DNA of 64,000 nt, taken from positions 1,440,001 through 1,504,000 of the forward strand of contig CAXVYR010000004.1 in NCBI GenBank assembly GCA_963666975.2, given 5' to 3'. Shown piece after piece: positions 45,754 to 57,710 of the stretch (position 1 is the first letter of the stretch; the number at the start of each line of letters is the position of its first letter). Made by a program: the position numbers and the translations under genes. The notes beneath the pieces were generated by a model that saw only the letters and a list, made by a program, of their open reading frames with translations, made no database searches and was not told where the DNA came from. This DNA comes from Terriglobia bacterium (GTDB lineage Bacteria > Acidobacteriota > Terriglobia > 2-12-FULL-54-10).

Positions 45754-46264
45754 GCGCAAAACAGCGTCATGTAGGAGGTCTTTTCGTCATTTGCCTGGCC
45801 CTCTTGGGGCAGCACAGTTTTCATGGGACTCGTTTGTTTCATTGCCAAAACCATTTTGATGTTGAAATTCGCTTTACATGAAGCACTATGCGGCCTAATC
45901 CCGATCGGCGCAATGGAGGGAAGGTCTCAAATTTATAGGGACTTTCTTACTAGGGCGGTGGACGCTGCATTCCGTAGCTCCTGGCGAAGCATTCGCTTTC
46001 CAATGGCACGATGTATTGCTGGAACCTGCCAACGGAGCTAGGTTCGGTTACTGGCATGTTCGGCTGCCTGCAGTAGAAGATAGGGATGAGAGAACATGAT
46101 CGTCGCAGCAAACGTAGTATCCCTTGGTTACGTTTAGTTAACACCTAATGGTTGTATTATGAAAAAAGGCTCACTTGAAAGGTGTGAGGGAGAATAGGAA
46201 GAAGAGAGAGACCCCTAGAAAGACAGGCTACCCGGAAGGATTTCTGATCAAATACCCCGGAAAA

Positions 46265-46705
46265 GCGTTGTGGCAGGACATACAGCAGATCGAAGACCGG
46301 GGCGTCAAATACATCATAGCGGCCGATTTCGGACCCGGTCAGCCCCGTGCTCGTGTCGCCCAGGATGTCGCAGATAGCCTGTAGGTTCGCTTCGTCTAAT
46401 TTTGGTATGGCAGCCATCCAATCATATCCTTTTTCTTGCCGCCGGCCCTCATGAAGAAGCCTTCGGGACGGCAGAATGATCAGCGAAGAACTTCGGCGCG
46501 TTGTGGCAGGACATACAGCAGATCGAAGACCGGGGCGTCAAATACATCATAGCGGCCGATTTCGGACCCGGTCAGCCCCGTGCTCGTGTCGCCCAGGATG
46601 TCGCAGATAGCCTGTAGGTTCGCTTCCTAATTTTGGTATGGCAGCCATCCAATCATATCCTTTTTCTTGCCGCCGGCCCTCATGAAGAAGCCTTCGGGAC
46701 GGCAG
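46265..46705. repeat. About 210-bp direct duplication covering the fic 3' end and the start of a truncated downstream gene (TIGR02391-like N-terminus)
   Basis: 46265-46474 vs 46498-46705, the second copy 2 bp shorter; encodes MAAIPKLDEANLQAICDILGDTSTGLTGSEIGR on the minus strand. Confidence 0.85.
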
Positions 46706-48245
46706 GAAGCGGTTCGCCGGCTAGTCCTTTCTTTACCAGCCCGGCCAGGAAATCGGCAAACGGGACGATATCCTCACCGATACTCGCTTTTTCGAGAGCA
46801 TCCATATAAATCTTGCGGTCTCCGACGGAGATGACCGTCCACGGATACCCGCCGGAGGCCAGCATCAAATTCATCAGAAAACGCCCCATGCGGCCGTTCC
46901 CGTCCATATAGGGGTGGATATAGACGAATATGAAATGGCCCAGCACAACGCGCACCGCCGGGGCCGTTTCCTCGCGCAGCAGATCGAAAAATGCGGGCAT
47001 CGCATCCCGCACCGCCTCGCGGTTAAGCGGCACGTGCATGGACCGGCGAATATAAACCTGCCCGTTGCGATAGCCCGCAAGGTCAGAGGCTTTTAACAAG
47101 CCGCCCGTTACACTGGGGGCAAACATTTCCCGATACCACGTTCCGTGATCTTCATCCGCGACCAGTCCGGGATTTTCACCATGCAGAACCCTGTTCACAC
47201 TTTTTTGAACAGCCTGATAGGCCTGCCAATATCCGCGCGCAGCCATAGCATTGCGCTGTTGCAGGTCCTCTTCGCTCGTGTCGGGATTCCACGCACCACT
47301 GCGGACACTTTCAATCAGCTGAGGGGTTACACGATACCCCTCGATCGACAGTGAATGATAGGCATCGGTTGCGTATGCATCATCGACATGTTTCATGTAA
47401 GCGTTCCTATCACGCGGCAACCCCGGAGCTTCCGGGAAGCCGCCGATGACAGGTTCCCGCATCTGCTGCCACAAGAGCCGTATGCGATTCACATACGGGG
47501 ATGTTTCGCGGGCTGGCAAAGCAAAGGCCGGCTTGTCCGTAAAGGGGTCGCTTTCACGCACATCATACCCTGCGGCGGACATTGTCTTCGTAATATCATC
47601 CGCGATGCGGTCGCGTCCGCTGTTGCGGAATGCACCGGCAAGCCGCCCGGCAATCGTGCTGTGCCCGCCCTCCAGCAACCGGGCAAGAATGCCTGAGGCA
47701 TCACGAATCATCAACAGCGCTGCACGAACATCCGTCGAATGGCGGGAAAAGTAATTGGGGGGAGACGCAATCAGGGCAGATTCCAGTGAGAAAATACGTA
47801 TTCCTTCCTTTTCCTCTGTGTCGGCTGCAGCAGGCAATGCGGCACGAAGGTCCAGAAGTGATGTTCCGTGCGGGAGCTTGGTTACTTTGTTGCGGGCTTT
47901 GGGAGACCTCACGACAAGCTGCCGGGGTACCGTCCAGTTGCCTCCATGCAGAGACAGGGACTGCTCTGGCGAGAGACACCAGCCTTTACCAAAGCGTTCC
48001 TCCAGATAGACAGCGCCAAAACGCCAAAACGATGCATACCACGCCGTGCTCTCTCCCTTCACTTCATCCGGGCGGCTCGGGATATACCATCCTTTTATGA
48101 CCTCCCGCAGAAAGCCGTTCGCAACGAGGCGCTCGCGATGGGTTCGCGACAAATCCCTTGCTCGTATGGCGGCCGCACCGCTCGAATTCTGGAGCTTGTG
48201 TAAAATTTCCAAAGACTGTGCGAGTTTTTCTGACGGTGCTGGCAT
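46680..48245 (-). CDS. Fic-domain protein
   Basis: HPYMDGNGRMGR Fic motif; SLSIEG inhibitory-type motif. Confidence 0.92.
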   Translation of the reverse strand: MPAPSEKLAQSLEILHKLQNSSGAAAIRARDLSRTHRERLVANGFLREVIKGWYIPSRPDEVKGESTAWYASFWRFGAVYLEERFGKGWCLSPEQSLSLHGGNWTVPRQLVVRSPKARNKVTKLPHGTSLLDLRAALPAAADTEEKEGIRIFSLESALIASPPNYFSRHSTDVRAALLMIRDASGILARLLEGGHSTIAGRLAGAFRNSGRDRIADDITKTMSAAGYDVRESDPFTDKPAFALPARETSPYVNRIRLLWQQMREPVIGGFPEAPGLPRDRNAYMKHVDDAYATDAYHSLSIEGYRVTPQLIESVRSGAWNPDTSEEDLQQRNAMAARGYWQAYQAVQKSVNRVLHGENPGLVADEDHGTWYREMFAPSVTGGLLKASDLAGYRNGQVYIRRSMHVPLNREAVRDAMPAFFDLLREETAPAVRVVLGHFIFVYIHPYMDGNGRMGRFLMNLMLASGGYPWTVISVGDRKIYMDALEKASIGEDIVPFADFLAGLVKKGLAGEPLPAVPKASS

Positions 48246-48470
48246 CAAAATGTCCTCAGGTTAGCTTATTACGCCGTTCTATTATTAGCTTTATATGTTG
48301 TATCATTATTAGCTTATTGTGTCGAGCATAAATCAGCTCTTTCCGCAGATGATCGTCACGCGTCAATGGCTTTTCTTGCACGAACCTGTGTTCACGCGCC
48401 GCGTCGGCGTGAGCCGAGGGCGTGGCGCGCTCAAGACGTGACGGCCTGAGGAACCTCCTGGCGCGGGCCT

Positions 48471-49375
48471 CTAGAGCAATTCTCCATATGCTGTATAGTA
48501 AGGAACGAGGATTTTCTGGCGATCCAAGCACAAGATGGCGAAGACGTATTCAGACGATTTGAGGCGGAAGCTTTTGGAAGCGCACGACCGGGGAGAGGGG
48601 AGCTTGGGGGAACTGGCGTGGCGGTTTGGGGTGAGCAGCCCGTGGGCATGGAAAATTTCCTCGCAGAGACGACGAACGGGACAGATGGAGCGAGTTCGGC
48701 AGCGGCAGGGTCGGCAGAGCCGGGTGACCGCGACGGTGGAGAGGCAGTTGAAAAAAAATCGCTCCGTGCCCAGGAACAGGACACGCCGGAGAACCGCCAG
48801 CGCCGCCCAGCGTGGCGGGAACAAGTAAGCCAGCTCAATCCGCAACGGCTGGTTTTTCTGTACGAGAGCGGAGTGACGACCCAGATGACCCGGCGCTATG
48901 GCCGCGCTCCACGCGGAGAACGAATCCGGGAGGCGACACCGGCAGGACACTGGAACACGCTGACCTTGTGGGGAGCGATGACCCAGCAAGGAATGTTGGC
49001 CAGTATGACGGTGGAATCTCCGACCGATGGGGATGTCTTTCTGGCTTATCTAGACAAAGTGCTCTGCCCGCAGATGCAGGCGGGCCAAGTGGTGGTGATG
49101 GACAACCTCAGCGTGCACAAGGTGGCGGGCGTGCGGGAGCGGATCGAAGCGGTGGGAGCCACCCTGCTGTACCTGCCGCCGTATTCGCCCGACTTCAACC
49201 CCATTGAACAAGCCTGGTCGAAAATCAAACAGAAGCTCCGCTCGGCCCAGGCCCGCACCGTGGAAGCACTGCAAGCCGCTGTCGCTCAGGCCCTAGCGAC
49301 CGTCACTTCACAGGATGCCACCGCTTGGTTCCACCACTGCGGACATGCTATACGGTAAATGGAGAAATGCTCTAG
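48471..49375 (+). mobile_element. IS630-family element (ORFs 48535-48828 and about 48750-49358, A8 slippage site)
   Basis: CTAG ends, about 27-bp [30 protein letters not shown]; first catalytic D appears as Y (FLYESG). Confidence 0.9.
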
Positions 49376-52300
49376 AACGAGAATCGCAACGCAAACTGAA
49401 TCTGTCGGGCAGTGGTGGTGGTGCCCGTGAGCCTTCCCGCGACAGGGTTGGGGCGGCCGGAAGCCCCCGAGAAAATAATGGTGGAGCCTGCGGTATTCCG
49501 ATTGAAATTGGTATGGTTCGGGAGATTGAAAAATTCCGCTCGAAATTGAAGCTGTCTCTTGGCATCCAGCACAATTTCCCGCTGGAGGGAAATATCCATA
49601 GTAAAGACGCTAGGCGCGGTGATGGTGTTGCGCCCGACATTCCCCAGGGTGCCCGGTGGAGGCAAGCTATATACCGAGGGGTCAAAATATTGTTCTGGCG
49701 CACCCAGAATAGGATTATTGCTCCGGCCGGGAAGCAAGTTAGGCCGGCTGGCGGCAAACAGGAACCCGGGGCTGCGGGCATTAACTACGGGGGTATAAGG
49801 GACTCCGGTGCGAAACCGCATAATTCCTCCCAGCCGCCAGCCTCCGAAAACCTGGGAAAGGAAGCCGGATCTCAACCAGCGCCCTCCGCTCCCCAAAGGG
49901 GGAGTGTAAAAGTAGTTGATCACGAGACGATGGCGCACGTCGAAATCGGAAAGGCCTCGATCCAGAGTGCGCATCAGCCCATACTGGGAAGAACCACCAA
50001 GAAAGGAATGAAAGGAATGAGAGGAGGCGTCATCCACGCTCTTACTGAAGGAATAGCTGGCACGCAAGGAAATTCCCCGACTGAGGCTCTTGTCAGCGGA
50101 GAGCTGCAGAGAATTGTAGAAAGATTGCGCATCACTATTTAGAATGCTAATCCCTCCGAACGCAGGATTCACCGGGCCGGCATCAGGTCGGCAATCCGGA
50201 ATGGCGGTCTCCCCCGGCGGAGGGCATGCTGCGGGAAAGAACAACGATTCGTCTTTCCTGATTTCCGGGACAGGAAAAAGGTTCGCTTCGTAGCCACGGA
50301 ACAAATGATTGCCCCTGGCCCCCACGTAAGAGGCACGGGCACGCCAGCCTCCGGGGAGCTGCTGTTGCAGAGTGAAGTTGTAACGCAGCACCATTGGGTT
50401 GGTCGTGTGCCGGTAGTCCATGGATCGAGCTTCGAGAGGGGTTCCGGCGGCGGCCGCTACCGCGTCGGGAAAGCTCCCCGAGGAATCAAAGTTGGTTCTC
50501 ACCGCTTTCCGGAAAAAAGGAAGCGTGCTTTTGGGCTGGTCTACCGCATATTCGAGGATTTGATCGTAGTAAATCCCAAAACCGCCAGTCAGCATCGTGT
50601 TTCCGCTGTTTCCAGGAGACCAGGAAATACCCAGGCGCGGAGAAAGATTGCGCAACGAGGGGTTATTCTTCAAAAAGGGCCCCACCTGCACCTCGGAGTC
50701 CCGCACCGGGTCAGGGAGAAAAGAGGTCTTGCCATCCTTGTCGTGGATGAGCGTGGCAAATTCATAGCGGACGCCCAAGTTGAACTGAAGACGGGAACTG
50801 ACCGTATATCTATCCTGAAGGTAGAAACCCAGCAAGGTCTGGCGAAGAGCCTTTTTGTTATCCGATCCCGGCAAAGCAACCGTCAAGGTAGTGCCCTCCG
50901 GGCCCCCCTGGAGAAAGCTCTCCAGGCTATTGAAAGACCAACTACCTCCTTTGTCCGACCCGGAGAACACCTCCCAGCGATAGCGGTGAATTTCGAACCC
51001 CGACTTCAGCGCGTGACTTCCCCTCTGGGCCACCAGATCGTCCGCAAACTGAAATGTATTCATTATTCTGTCTTGGGGTGTGATTCTCTGAGGGCCGAAA
51101 GGAGTCAAACCTGGGACGTCGATCCATCCGAACTGGGGAGCGTCGGGAACAAAGAATAACGAACGGGGGATCTCAATAGAGGATGAACTCTCTTGTGCTA
51201 ACACCGGCCTGGTGTATCCAACGCGGAACGAGTTCAATAGGCGAGGATTAAATATATGGGTTTCCACGAGAGTCAGATACTGTTGGCGGCTGTTGTTCAG
51301 GGTGGTGAAGATAAAGGAGGCCTGGGAGCCATGACTGGTGGCGTCGTCAAAGGTATAGCGAGCAAAGAGGCTGTCCCGCTCGGAAATCTGGTGATCCAGC
51401 CGAACGGTGAAAAAAATTTCATTGGTGGGCAAGAACTGCGGGGCAGCGTTTTGCTGGATCCCTCCCCCTGCCCGAACTGAGTTGGGTAACGGGTAAAGTC
51501 GCAGGTATGGCTTCACGTCTGGGTGCACGGGAACGGTTCGGAGCACCTTTCCGGCCGTGTCCGTAATAATTCCCTGCCGGGCCAGCTCGTCTGGAAAGAA
51601 GTCGATTTCCGTCTGGGTCAGCCGGTCCCGCAGCCCCTCAAAGCTGCCCATGAAAAAGGTCCTTTCCTTCACCACCGGACCCGTGAGGGTGAAGCCGAAT
51701 TGGTTGCGCTTGAAGGGGGTAGGCTCCGGGCCGGGGTCAAAGAAATTCCGGGCATCGAGCTTGCTGTTGCGAAAGAACTCGAAAAAGGTGCCGTGGAACT
51801 CGGGCGTCCCGGAGCGGCTGATGGAGTTCAGAACACCACCGCTAGCGCGGCCATATTCCGCCCCGTAGTTGCTGCTGAATACCTGAACCTGGAGAACTGC
51901 GTCAGAACCCAACTGTCCACCGGCCGCGCTTTGGGGAACCTGATTCGCAGTGTCCATGATGTTGGTCCCGTCCAATAAAAAGGCGTTCGAGGTAGACCGC
52001 CCTCCCGCTACGGTTAACCCCCCGCTGCCTCCTCCCCGCGAGGATGAACCGGCAAAAGGATCGCTCACGCCGGCCTGGAGAGTCGCCAGTTGGCTATAAC
52101 TGCGACCGTTGAGAGGAAGACCGACTAGCTGGCTTTCACTGATCTGGCCTGCATTGATGGCAGAGGACTCCCTGTCTGTACCCGCGCCCTGGGCCGTTCG
52201 TTCCTGATCTCCGGAATCTCGTTCCAACACCAAATCCAAAGTCACCAATTGCTCTGCGCCCAGTTCCAACCCTTCCTGCAACCGGCTGACAAAGCCAGCC

Positions 52301-54040
52301 TGGGAAGCCTGGACTTCGTAAGTACCGGGAACCAATCGTTGGATTTCAAACTGTCCCTCTGCGTCGCTGCTGACGGTACGGCTCAATCCCGGAGGGTGTC
52401 CCATACATAGTTGAAGGTTGAACGGCGGTTCGGCCCGAATCGAATAGAATCGGGCCAAGCCTAAATCCTATAGAAGGAGAACCGCCGAATGAAGGGAAAA
52501 TATCACGTTTTGGAACTGGGTTCCAAGGGAGCCGAAGAAACCATCCAGAAGTTTTGCCAAACCAACGGACAGATGCTGTTGCCGGTGGTGGATCTGATCA
52601 CGGAGGCGCGTCTGGCGGTGGATGAGGTGATTGATCGGGCCGGGCGAGGTTTGATTGAAACGATTCTGAGCATGAGCGCAGAGCAAATCGCGGGGCCAAA
52701 GAGTCCCGGGAAGGCGAGCGGAGAGGTGCGCTGGCATGCCGGCAATTGGGGAGGGTGAAACTGGCCGATCGCCAGCTGCGGGTGGAGCGGCCCCGGCTGC
52801 GCCGGAAGGGCGGAGGGGAAGAAGCGGTGCCGGCCTACGAAGCGCTGCGGAAAAGCGAGAAGACGGGCGAGGAGATGTTCGAGGCACTGTTGAAAGGGGT
52901 TTCGACGCGGAACTACCGCGAGGTGATCCCGGAGATGGCCAACAGCGCTGGGGTGTCGAAGTCTCAGGTGAGCCGGGAAGCGGCCGAGCAAGGAGCGCGG
53001 CGGCTGGAAGAACTGTTGGCGCGGCGCTGGGAGGAGGTCGAGATTCTGGTGATTTACCTGGACGGAATGCGGTTCGGCTCCCACCACGTCATCAGCGCCG
53101 TGGGCGTGGACAGCGAGGGCCGCAAGCATGTGCTGGGGATTCAACTGGGCGCGACCGAAAACGCCGCTGCGGTGAAAGACCTTCTCACCCGCCTGCGCCA
53201 GCAAGGTCTGCGCACGGATCAGCGCTATCTGTTTGTGATCGACGGCGCCAAAGCGCTCCGCGCGGGGATCGAGGAAGTATTCGGCAGCAATCAGCTGGTG
53301 CAGCGTTGCCGTACTCATAAGCTGCGCAACGTGGCTGAGCGGTTACCAAAGGGCGACAAAATGCTGGCGAATCAGGTGCGGTCGCTGATGCGCGCCGCCT
53401 GGCGATTGCCCCAAGCCGAGGAAGGCATCGTGCGCATAAAGAAGCTCGCTGGGATGATCGAGTGCGATCATCCGGCAGCAGCCGCCAGCTTGCGCGAAGG
53501 GTTGGAGGAGACCTTTACGATCAATCGAGCCGACGTTCCTCCCAGCCTCCACCGCTGCCTGGCAACCACGAACCTCATCGAGAGCCCGCAGTCGGGCGTG
53601 CGGAAAAAGACTGGCAATGTTTGCCGCTGGCGCGACGGCGAGATGACGTTGCGCTGGGTGGCAGGAGCGTTTCTGCTGACCGAGAAGAATTTCCGGAAGA
53701 TCATGGGTTATCACGATCTCTGGGCTTTGGCATCGATTCTCGGCCGAAGTCCAAACGCTGCTTCCTCTCACAAGGAGAAAGTGGCGTAATATGAACTCAA
53801 CCCGCCGTCCCAACCTGCAACTGAGTTTGGGACACCTTCCAATCCCGTCGCCAGACGCTTCACCCTCACCGCCGTCCCCGCGAGGGGCGCTCCTGACTGA
53901 TCCTGCACCGTACCCCGCAGCGTCGCCATGCTCCCCTGTGCCAGCGCCCCTGTCCTTGCCCAGAAAAGCAGCGTGATCAGAAGCGCTGCCGAAAGAGCCA
54001 AACCTTGCACTACTGATTTGTATGCGTGCATGTTCCTCAT
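49372..54040 (-). pseudogene. Oar-like TonB-dependent receptor with carboxypeptidase-regulatory domain, interrupted by IS256 copy 3
   Basis: Signal peptide and GTVQDQSGA at 53840-54040; LPLNGR, NQFGF, ARQIQFALRFSF at 49372-52391. Confidence 0.9.
52392..53839 (+). mobile_element. IS256-family element copy 3 (1-bp deletion near 52738)
   Basis: TSD CAATCCCG at 52384-52391 and 53840-53847. Confidence 0.95.
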
Positions 54041-54189
54041 TTCCTCGATAAGGCGGACCTCAACCGGAATTAGTTTTTTGACCCGCCGGTGGTTGCGATT
54101 GTACACCCATCTGCCTCCAACTGCGCCCTTCCAGCGCAGTTTTGCTCTCCGGATCTCCGTGGGCATGGTATTGCTCTCACCTGATGGGT

Positions 54190-55427
54190 TGACCGGCCCC
54201 GGTTTTTTAATCCATTATGAAAGTGAGTTTTGCGGCAGAATCTAATACCTAAAGAAGGGGGACAAGCCGTGAAACAAAAGCGATTCAGCGTGGAGCAGAT
54301 TGTAGGAGTGTTGAAGCAGGCAGAGGTGGGGGTGCCGGTAGGGGAGATGGTCCGGAAGGTAGGGATCTCGGAGCAGACGTTCTACCGCTGGAAGAAGCAG
54401 TACGTGGGGCTGGAGATCGACCAGGTACGACAGCTGAAGCAGCTGCCGGAGGAGAACCAAAGGTTGAAGCGGTTGGTGGCCGATCTGACGCTGGACAAGA
54501 CGATGCTACAGGACGTTTTGGCAAAAAAATTCTGAAGCCCTCGCGACGCCGCCAGGTAGTGGGATACCTGTGCGGGGGCTATCGGGTAAGCGAGCGGCGG
54601 GCGTGTGCGGTGTCACATCTAAACCGTGGAACCTGCCGATACCAGAGCCATCAGGACCCTCGGACGGAACTGCGGATGCGGATCCGGGAGATGGCGCAGG
54701 TGCGGATTCGATATGGGTGTCGGAAGATTCTGGTATTACTGCACCGGGAAGGCTGGCAAGTGGGAAAGACGATGGTAAGCCGGTTGTATCGGGAAGAGGG
54801 ATTGGCGCTACGGCGGACGGTGCCGAGGAGACGCCGGGTGGCGGTAGAGCGGCGGGAGAGAATCAAACCGGCAGCACCGAACCAGGTGTGGAGTCTGGAC
54901 TTTGTGTCGGATCAACTGGCGGACGAACGAGAGTTCCGCGCGCTCACGGTGATGGATGCGTACACGCGGGAGAGCTTGGCCATCGGGCTCGGGCAGAGTT
55001 TGAAGGGGGAAGATGTCGTGCGGGTGTTGCAGGGAATCCAAAGGGATCGGGGTGGACCGAAGAGGCTGTTCTGCGACAATGGCTCGGAGTTTTCGAGCCG
55101 GGTGCTAGACCTGTGGGCGTATCAGAACGGGGTGAAGATCGATTTCTCACGGCCCGGCAAGCCGACCGACAATGCGCGCATCGAATCGTTCAACGGGACG
55201 TTCCGGGAGGAGTGCCTGAATGTACATTGGTTCACAACACTGGGAGAAGCCAGGCAGTTCATCGAGGCTTGGCGGAGGGAGTACAATGAGAGTCGTCCTC
55301 ACAGGGCCCTGGGGGAGAGGACGCCGAACGAGTTCGCCTTTCCGATTGCAGCTTCGCTGCAATCGGAAAGGCCTGGAAACAGCCCAAAACTTACCCTGAA
55401 ACTGGTACAAAAATCCGGGGCCCCTCA
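54190..55427 (+). mobile_element. IS3-family (IS407-like) element, orfA 54269-54535 plus orfB
   Basis: TG...CA ends with about 25-bp TIR, A7 frameshift site, WSLDFV, DNGSEF, PGKPTDNA.IESFN. Confidence 0.92.
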
Positions 55428-55509
55428 AGTTCAGAGGGAAGTTGCGGACCGGATGGATGCAATTCTGAATCCGGTGGCTGTCAAATCAGACACAGACAGA
55501 CCGAACTGA
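55428..55509 (+). pseudogene. Probable tyrosine integrase C-terminal remnant
   Basis: VQREVADRMDAILNPVAVK resembles integrase tails; lies next to the tRNA 3' end. Confidence 0.45.
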
Positions 55510-55529
55510 GCGGGAAGCTGTTGAAAGAA

Positions 55530-55607
<78 letters not shown>

Positions 55608-55732
55608 ACAAAAACTGCTTTACTTATTCTAAAGCATTTTCCAACCGGACATCCATCTAAAATTCCAATCCCCGGTCAAAACTGTACCAAAACTTCTCTC
55701 AACTGCCTGGCCTGTACCAAAACCAAACCTGT

Positions 55733-55990
55733 TTAGTTGGCGTGGCGGTTCAGTTTCGTAAGGGCCTCTCGCTTCATCCGCAACTTCATTTGGGAATACT
55801 TCTTGAACACCTCGGCATCGCCAAGCCGCAGCAGCTGGGTAACCCATTCATCGGCTAAGACTCCGGCACTTAAACGGGTGGCGTAAGTCGAACGCAGATC
55901 GTAGATCCGGAAATACGGGATCTTAGCTCGGCGCAAATTAGCGGACCAAGCTGTCTTGCAAGTTGTCAGGTGTCCCGTCGGATTTAAACT
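55733..55990 (-). pseudogene. Tyrosine recombinase C-terminal fragment
   Basis: FRIYDLRSTYATRL...VTQLLR......KYS. Confidence 0.75.
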
Positions 55991-56388
55991 GTAGGCGACT
56001 TTACGCGGGCAATCTGGGAATTGCCGTCTCGACCGCACTCGGCACTCGGCTATAGCTTGAGGAAGTCTTCTATTCCCAATTGCTTTACCCTCCTACCTCG
56101 TGTAATCTTTCCTCATTTTTTCAATATGGCGGGGTTACAGCGTGCCCATATCCCCAGGTGCCCGTCTTGGCTCATACGAGGTTCTCAGCTCGCTAGTTGC
56201 GGGTGGTAAGGGGTTCACTGGCCCGAATCTCTGGCTATAAAAATCTCCTACCAAAACCTCCAAATATCTTGGGTGCTGCTTCTCGGGTCTCTTGGGGAAG
56301 CAGTCCAATCACGCTACCCCTGAACATTTGAGGACCTAACGACCCAGTGAGCGCTAGAATGGTCCCATCCCGCACCGAGCGTGAGACT

Positions 56389-57061
56389 ATGAGCGAAACA
56401 CAGTCTTCGGCAGCCGTCGTCCCTGGCTCACTGGACTACGCAAGGATTCCGCTCGCACTCCTCGGCATCCTGGCGGTCGTCTGCCTCGGCACGGTCTACG
56501 ATCCACCCGCCGGTCGCCTAAACTGGCTCTTAGAAGTCGGGCCTGCGCTCATTGGCATCGGCGTACTCATTGCCATGTATCGTGCGCTACCCATGACACA
56601 CGTCATTTATTGGTGCGTGTTTCTGCACACGCTGATCCTTATTTACGGTGGCTACTATACCTATGCGGAGACTCCCTTGGGCAACTTGGGCCAGAGATAC
56701 GTTCGAGTTGAGCCGCAACCATTACGACCGTGTTGGGCATGTGGCTCTCGGCTTCTTCCCGGCACTCATCATTCGCGAGGTTCTCCTGCGCAAGACACGG
56801 CTGCGGAGAGACGGCTGGCTCTTCTTCATAGTCGTCAGCATCTCGCTCGCCATTGGCGCCTTCTGGGAGCTAGTTGAGTGGTGGACAACACTCATTGTGG
56901 CATCGGACGTTGGCCAATCTTTCCTGGGCTCCCAGGGTGACATCTGGGATGCGCAGTGGGATATGTTTCTAGCTCTAGTGGGCGCGGCGGTGTCATTGTT
57001 ACTTCTCTCAAGGCTCCACGACCGCGCGCTGAGCAAACTCCTGACAGAGCTGCCAACCTGA
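56389..57061 (+). CDS. DUF2238 (YjdF-like) membrane protein, frameshift near 56686
   Basis: WLLE, GGYYTYAE.PLG, RNHYDR.GH, FLGSQGDIWDAQWDM. Confidence 0.85.
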
Positions 57062-57224
57062 CCGCCTCAAGAGTGACATGACCGGCTCTTTTTGTACTAC
57101 TTTGCAGGCCAGATAAAATGCCGCGACTGATCACAGGACAACCTGACCAATGCAAATTATTAAATTTATTTGTGAGACGCCTACGGCCAACTCCCCCCTA
57201 GATGGGACCCACGACCCGACCCCC

Positions 57225-57621
57225 TTGGATAATCAAACGTCCCTGATGAGTTCGCAGCAGCAGCTGATGAAGACAGGAAGACGCCTGGTAAAACATGCCC
57301 GGTATTATTGGTGATTGCTGGCAGAGAGCCATCTGACGAGACGTTTATTTGCCAGCATACTGGGGCAGATAGATGGGCTGCCGCTTCTGTCGAGATAGCC
57401 GAGGCTATTGGAGTCGGGAAATCGATCCAGATGAACCAGGGACGGAGGGGTGTCTGATCAAACCAGATCGGAAGACCGCTGTCAGCAGTTTCGGGACTCG
57501 CGTTGGCGCAGAGAGGCTCCTGTGTCGAGCTCCTGGACCCAGCCAAAGGAAAAATAGTGCGCTGGCATCCATCCAGGGGCGTGTAGTATGGGACTATTGG
57601 GGGCCAAAATGGAAATTCCGG
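57225..57621 (+). pseudogene. IS1380-family transposase 3' remnant with terminal repeat
   Basis: QQQLMKTGRRLVKHARYYW*LLAESHLTRRLF; ends aaaatggaaattccgg. Confidence 0.65.
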
Positions 57622-57710
57622 CTAATAGACATGGTCCACAACTGCGCGCACTGAGCGTTCGCGAATGGTCGGTGCCGCAATGAATGGGGTCCATCGGGAG
57701 GTTGACCGAC

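Noticed and set aside
57309-57312. In-frame TGA in the IS1380-like frame as recoding
   Set aside because: Lies in a degenerate transposase remnant; ordinary nonsense mutation
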